DNA from: Porticoccaceae bacterium
GTDB taxonomy: Bacteria > Pseudomonadota > Gammaproteobacteria > Pseudomonadales > Porticoccaceae
Assembly (NCBI GenBank): GCA_024959305.1
Contig: JANXGQ010000036.1
Coordinates: 8,624-72,623 of the forward strand
Length of the DNA stretch: 64,000 nucleotides
Reading direction: 5' to 3'
Shown here: piece after piece, positions 63,639 to 64,000 of the stretch
Layout of the letters: every line of letters starts with the position of its first letter
Position numbering within the stretch: position 1 is the first letter of the stretch
Notes under the pieces: model-generated
The model's input: only the letters and a program-made list of their open reading frames with translations
Database searches by the model: none
Told to the model about the DNA's origin: nothing
Program-made: the position numbers and the translations under genes

Positions 63639-63659
63639 GAGACCATTGCATTAGGGCGA
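63639..63659. repeat. Isolated TIR-like end related to the 33578 and 26338 elements
   Basis: GAGACCATTGCATTAGGGCGA is 19/21 identical to 33578-33598, and its first 12 nt are 11/12 identical to the MITE TIR. Confidence 0.5.
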
Positions 63660-63700
63660 AGTGATAAGATGCGCAAATCTTTTTCAGAAGTTTAAGTTAA

Positions 63701-64000
63701 ATGGCTCGTATTGCATATTCATTGTTTTTGTACGTTTTAAGTCCGGCTGTCTTTTTGCATCTGTGGCTTAGAGGCATCAAAGACCCCTCCTATCGAAAGC
63801 GCTGGGCTGAGCGCCTGGGATTTTATCAAACTACTCTGGAGACCAATACTCTGGTTATTCACTGCGCTTCCGTGGGTGAAATAATGGCGGCGAGCCCACT
63901 GATTAAAAAGCTGATAGCAAAATTTCCCCATCAAAGAATCACCATGACCTGTAATACGCCAACCGGCTCTGAACAAATCAGCAAAATTTTTGGGAAATCG
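63701..64000 (+). CDS. waaA: Kdo transferase, partial (runs off the window end); absent from the ORF track
   Basis: Manual translation MARIAYSLFLY...YRKRWAERLG...IHCASVGE...ITMTCNTPTGSEQI. Confidence 0.93.
   Translation, partial: MARIAYSLFLYVLSPAVFLHLWLRGIKDPSYRKRWAERLGFYQTTLETNTLVIHCASVGEIMAASPLIKKLIAKFPHQRITMTCNTPTGSEQISKIFGKS

Overview
A 64-kb, mostly housekeeping stretch of a gammaproteobacterial chromosome. Gene order is Pseudomonadales/Cellvibrionales-like; a marine Porticoccaceae/SAR92-like host is only my inference. Core blocks are ptsP-rppH, gcvH, srkA-arfB, csp, rpmBG-radC-coaBC-algC-argB-slmA, pyrE-rph-yicC, gmk-rpoZ-spoT-ridA, recG, DUF47-PiT, tkt-epd-pgk, sahR-metK-ahcY-metF-rsmE, fabY, serC-serA, dsbA-cytochrome c4-engB-polA, znuA/zur-znuCB and an LPS inner-core cluster (gmhB, GT9, kdkA, hldE, gmhA, waaA). 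I found no rRNA, tRNA, CRISPR array, integrase or transposase. Standouts: (1) a nitrate-assimilation operon behind a sigma54/NtrC-like promoter, in which nirBD and a short NasA/NarB-type Mo-bisPGD reductase are followed by a fused DmsB-like 4x[4Fe-4S] plus DmsC/NrfD-like membrane anchor. Neither protein has a Tat signal and the anchor loop charges predict a cytoplasm-facing enzyme, so this is a candidate quinol-fed assimilatory nitrate reductase. (2) A 140-bp MITE with 11-bp TIRs and a 5-bp target duplication in that operon's leader, with related ends elsewhere. (3) A candidate sigmaE-type sRNA at the Spot42/ErsA position between polA and engB. (4) Several short gene relics (oxyR, a prpB-prpC junction, a GT9 N-terminus) and a frameshifted yejM/pbgA-like gene inserted at the yicC 3' end. 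All homology calls come from motif recognition by eye; no database searches were run.
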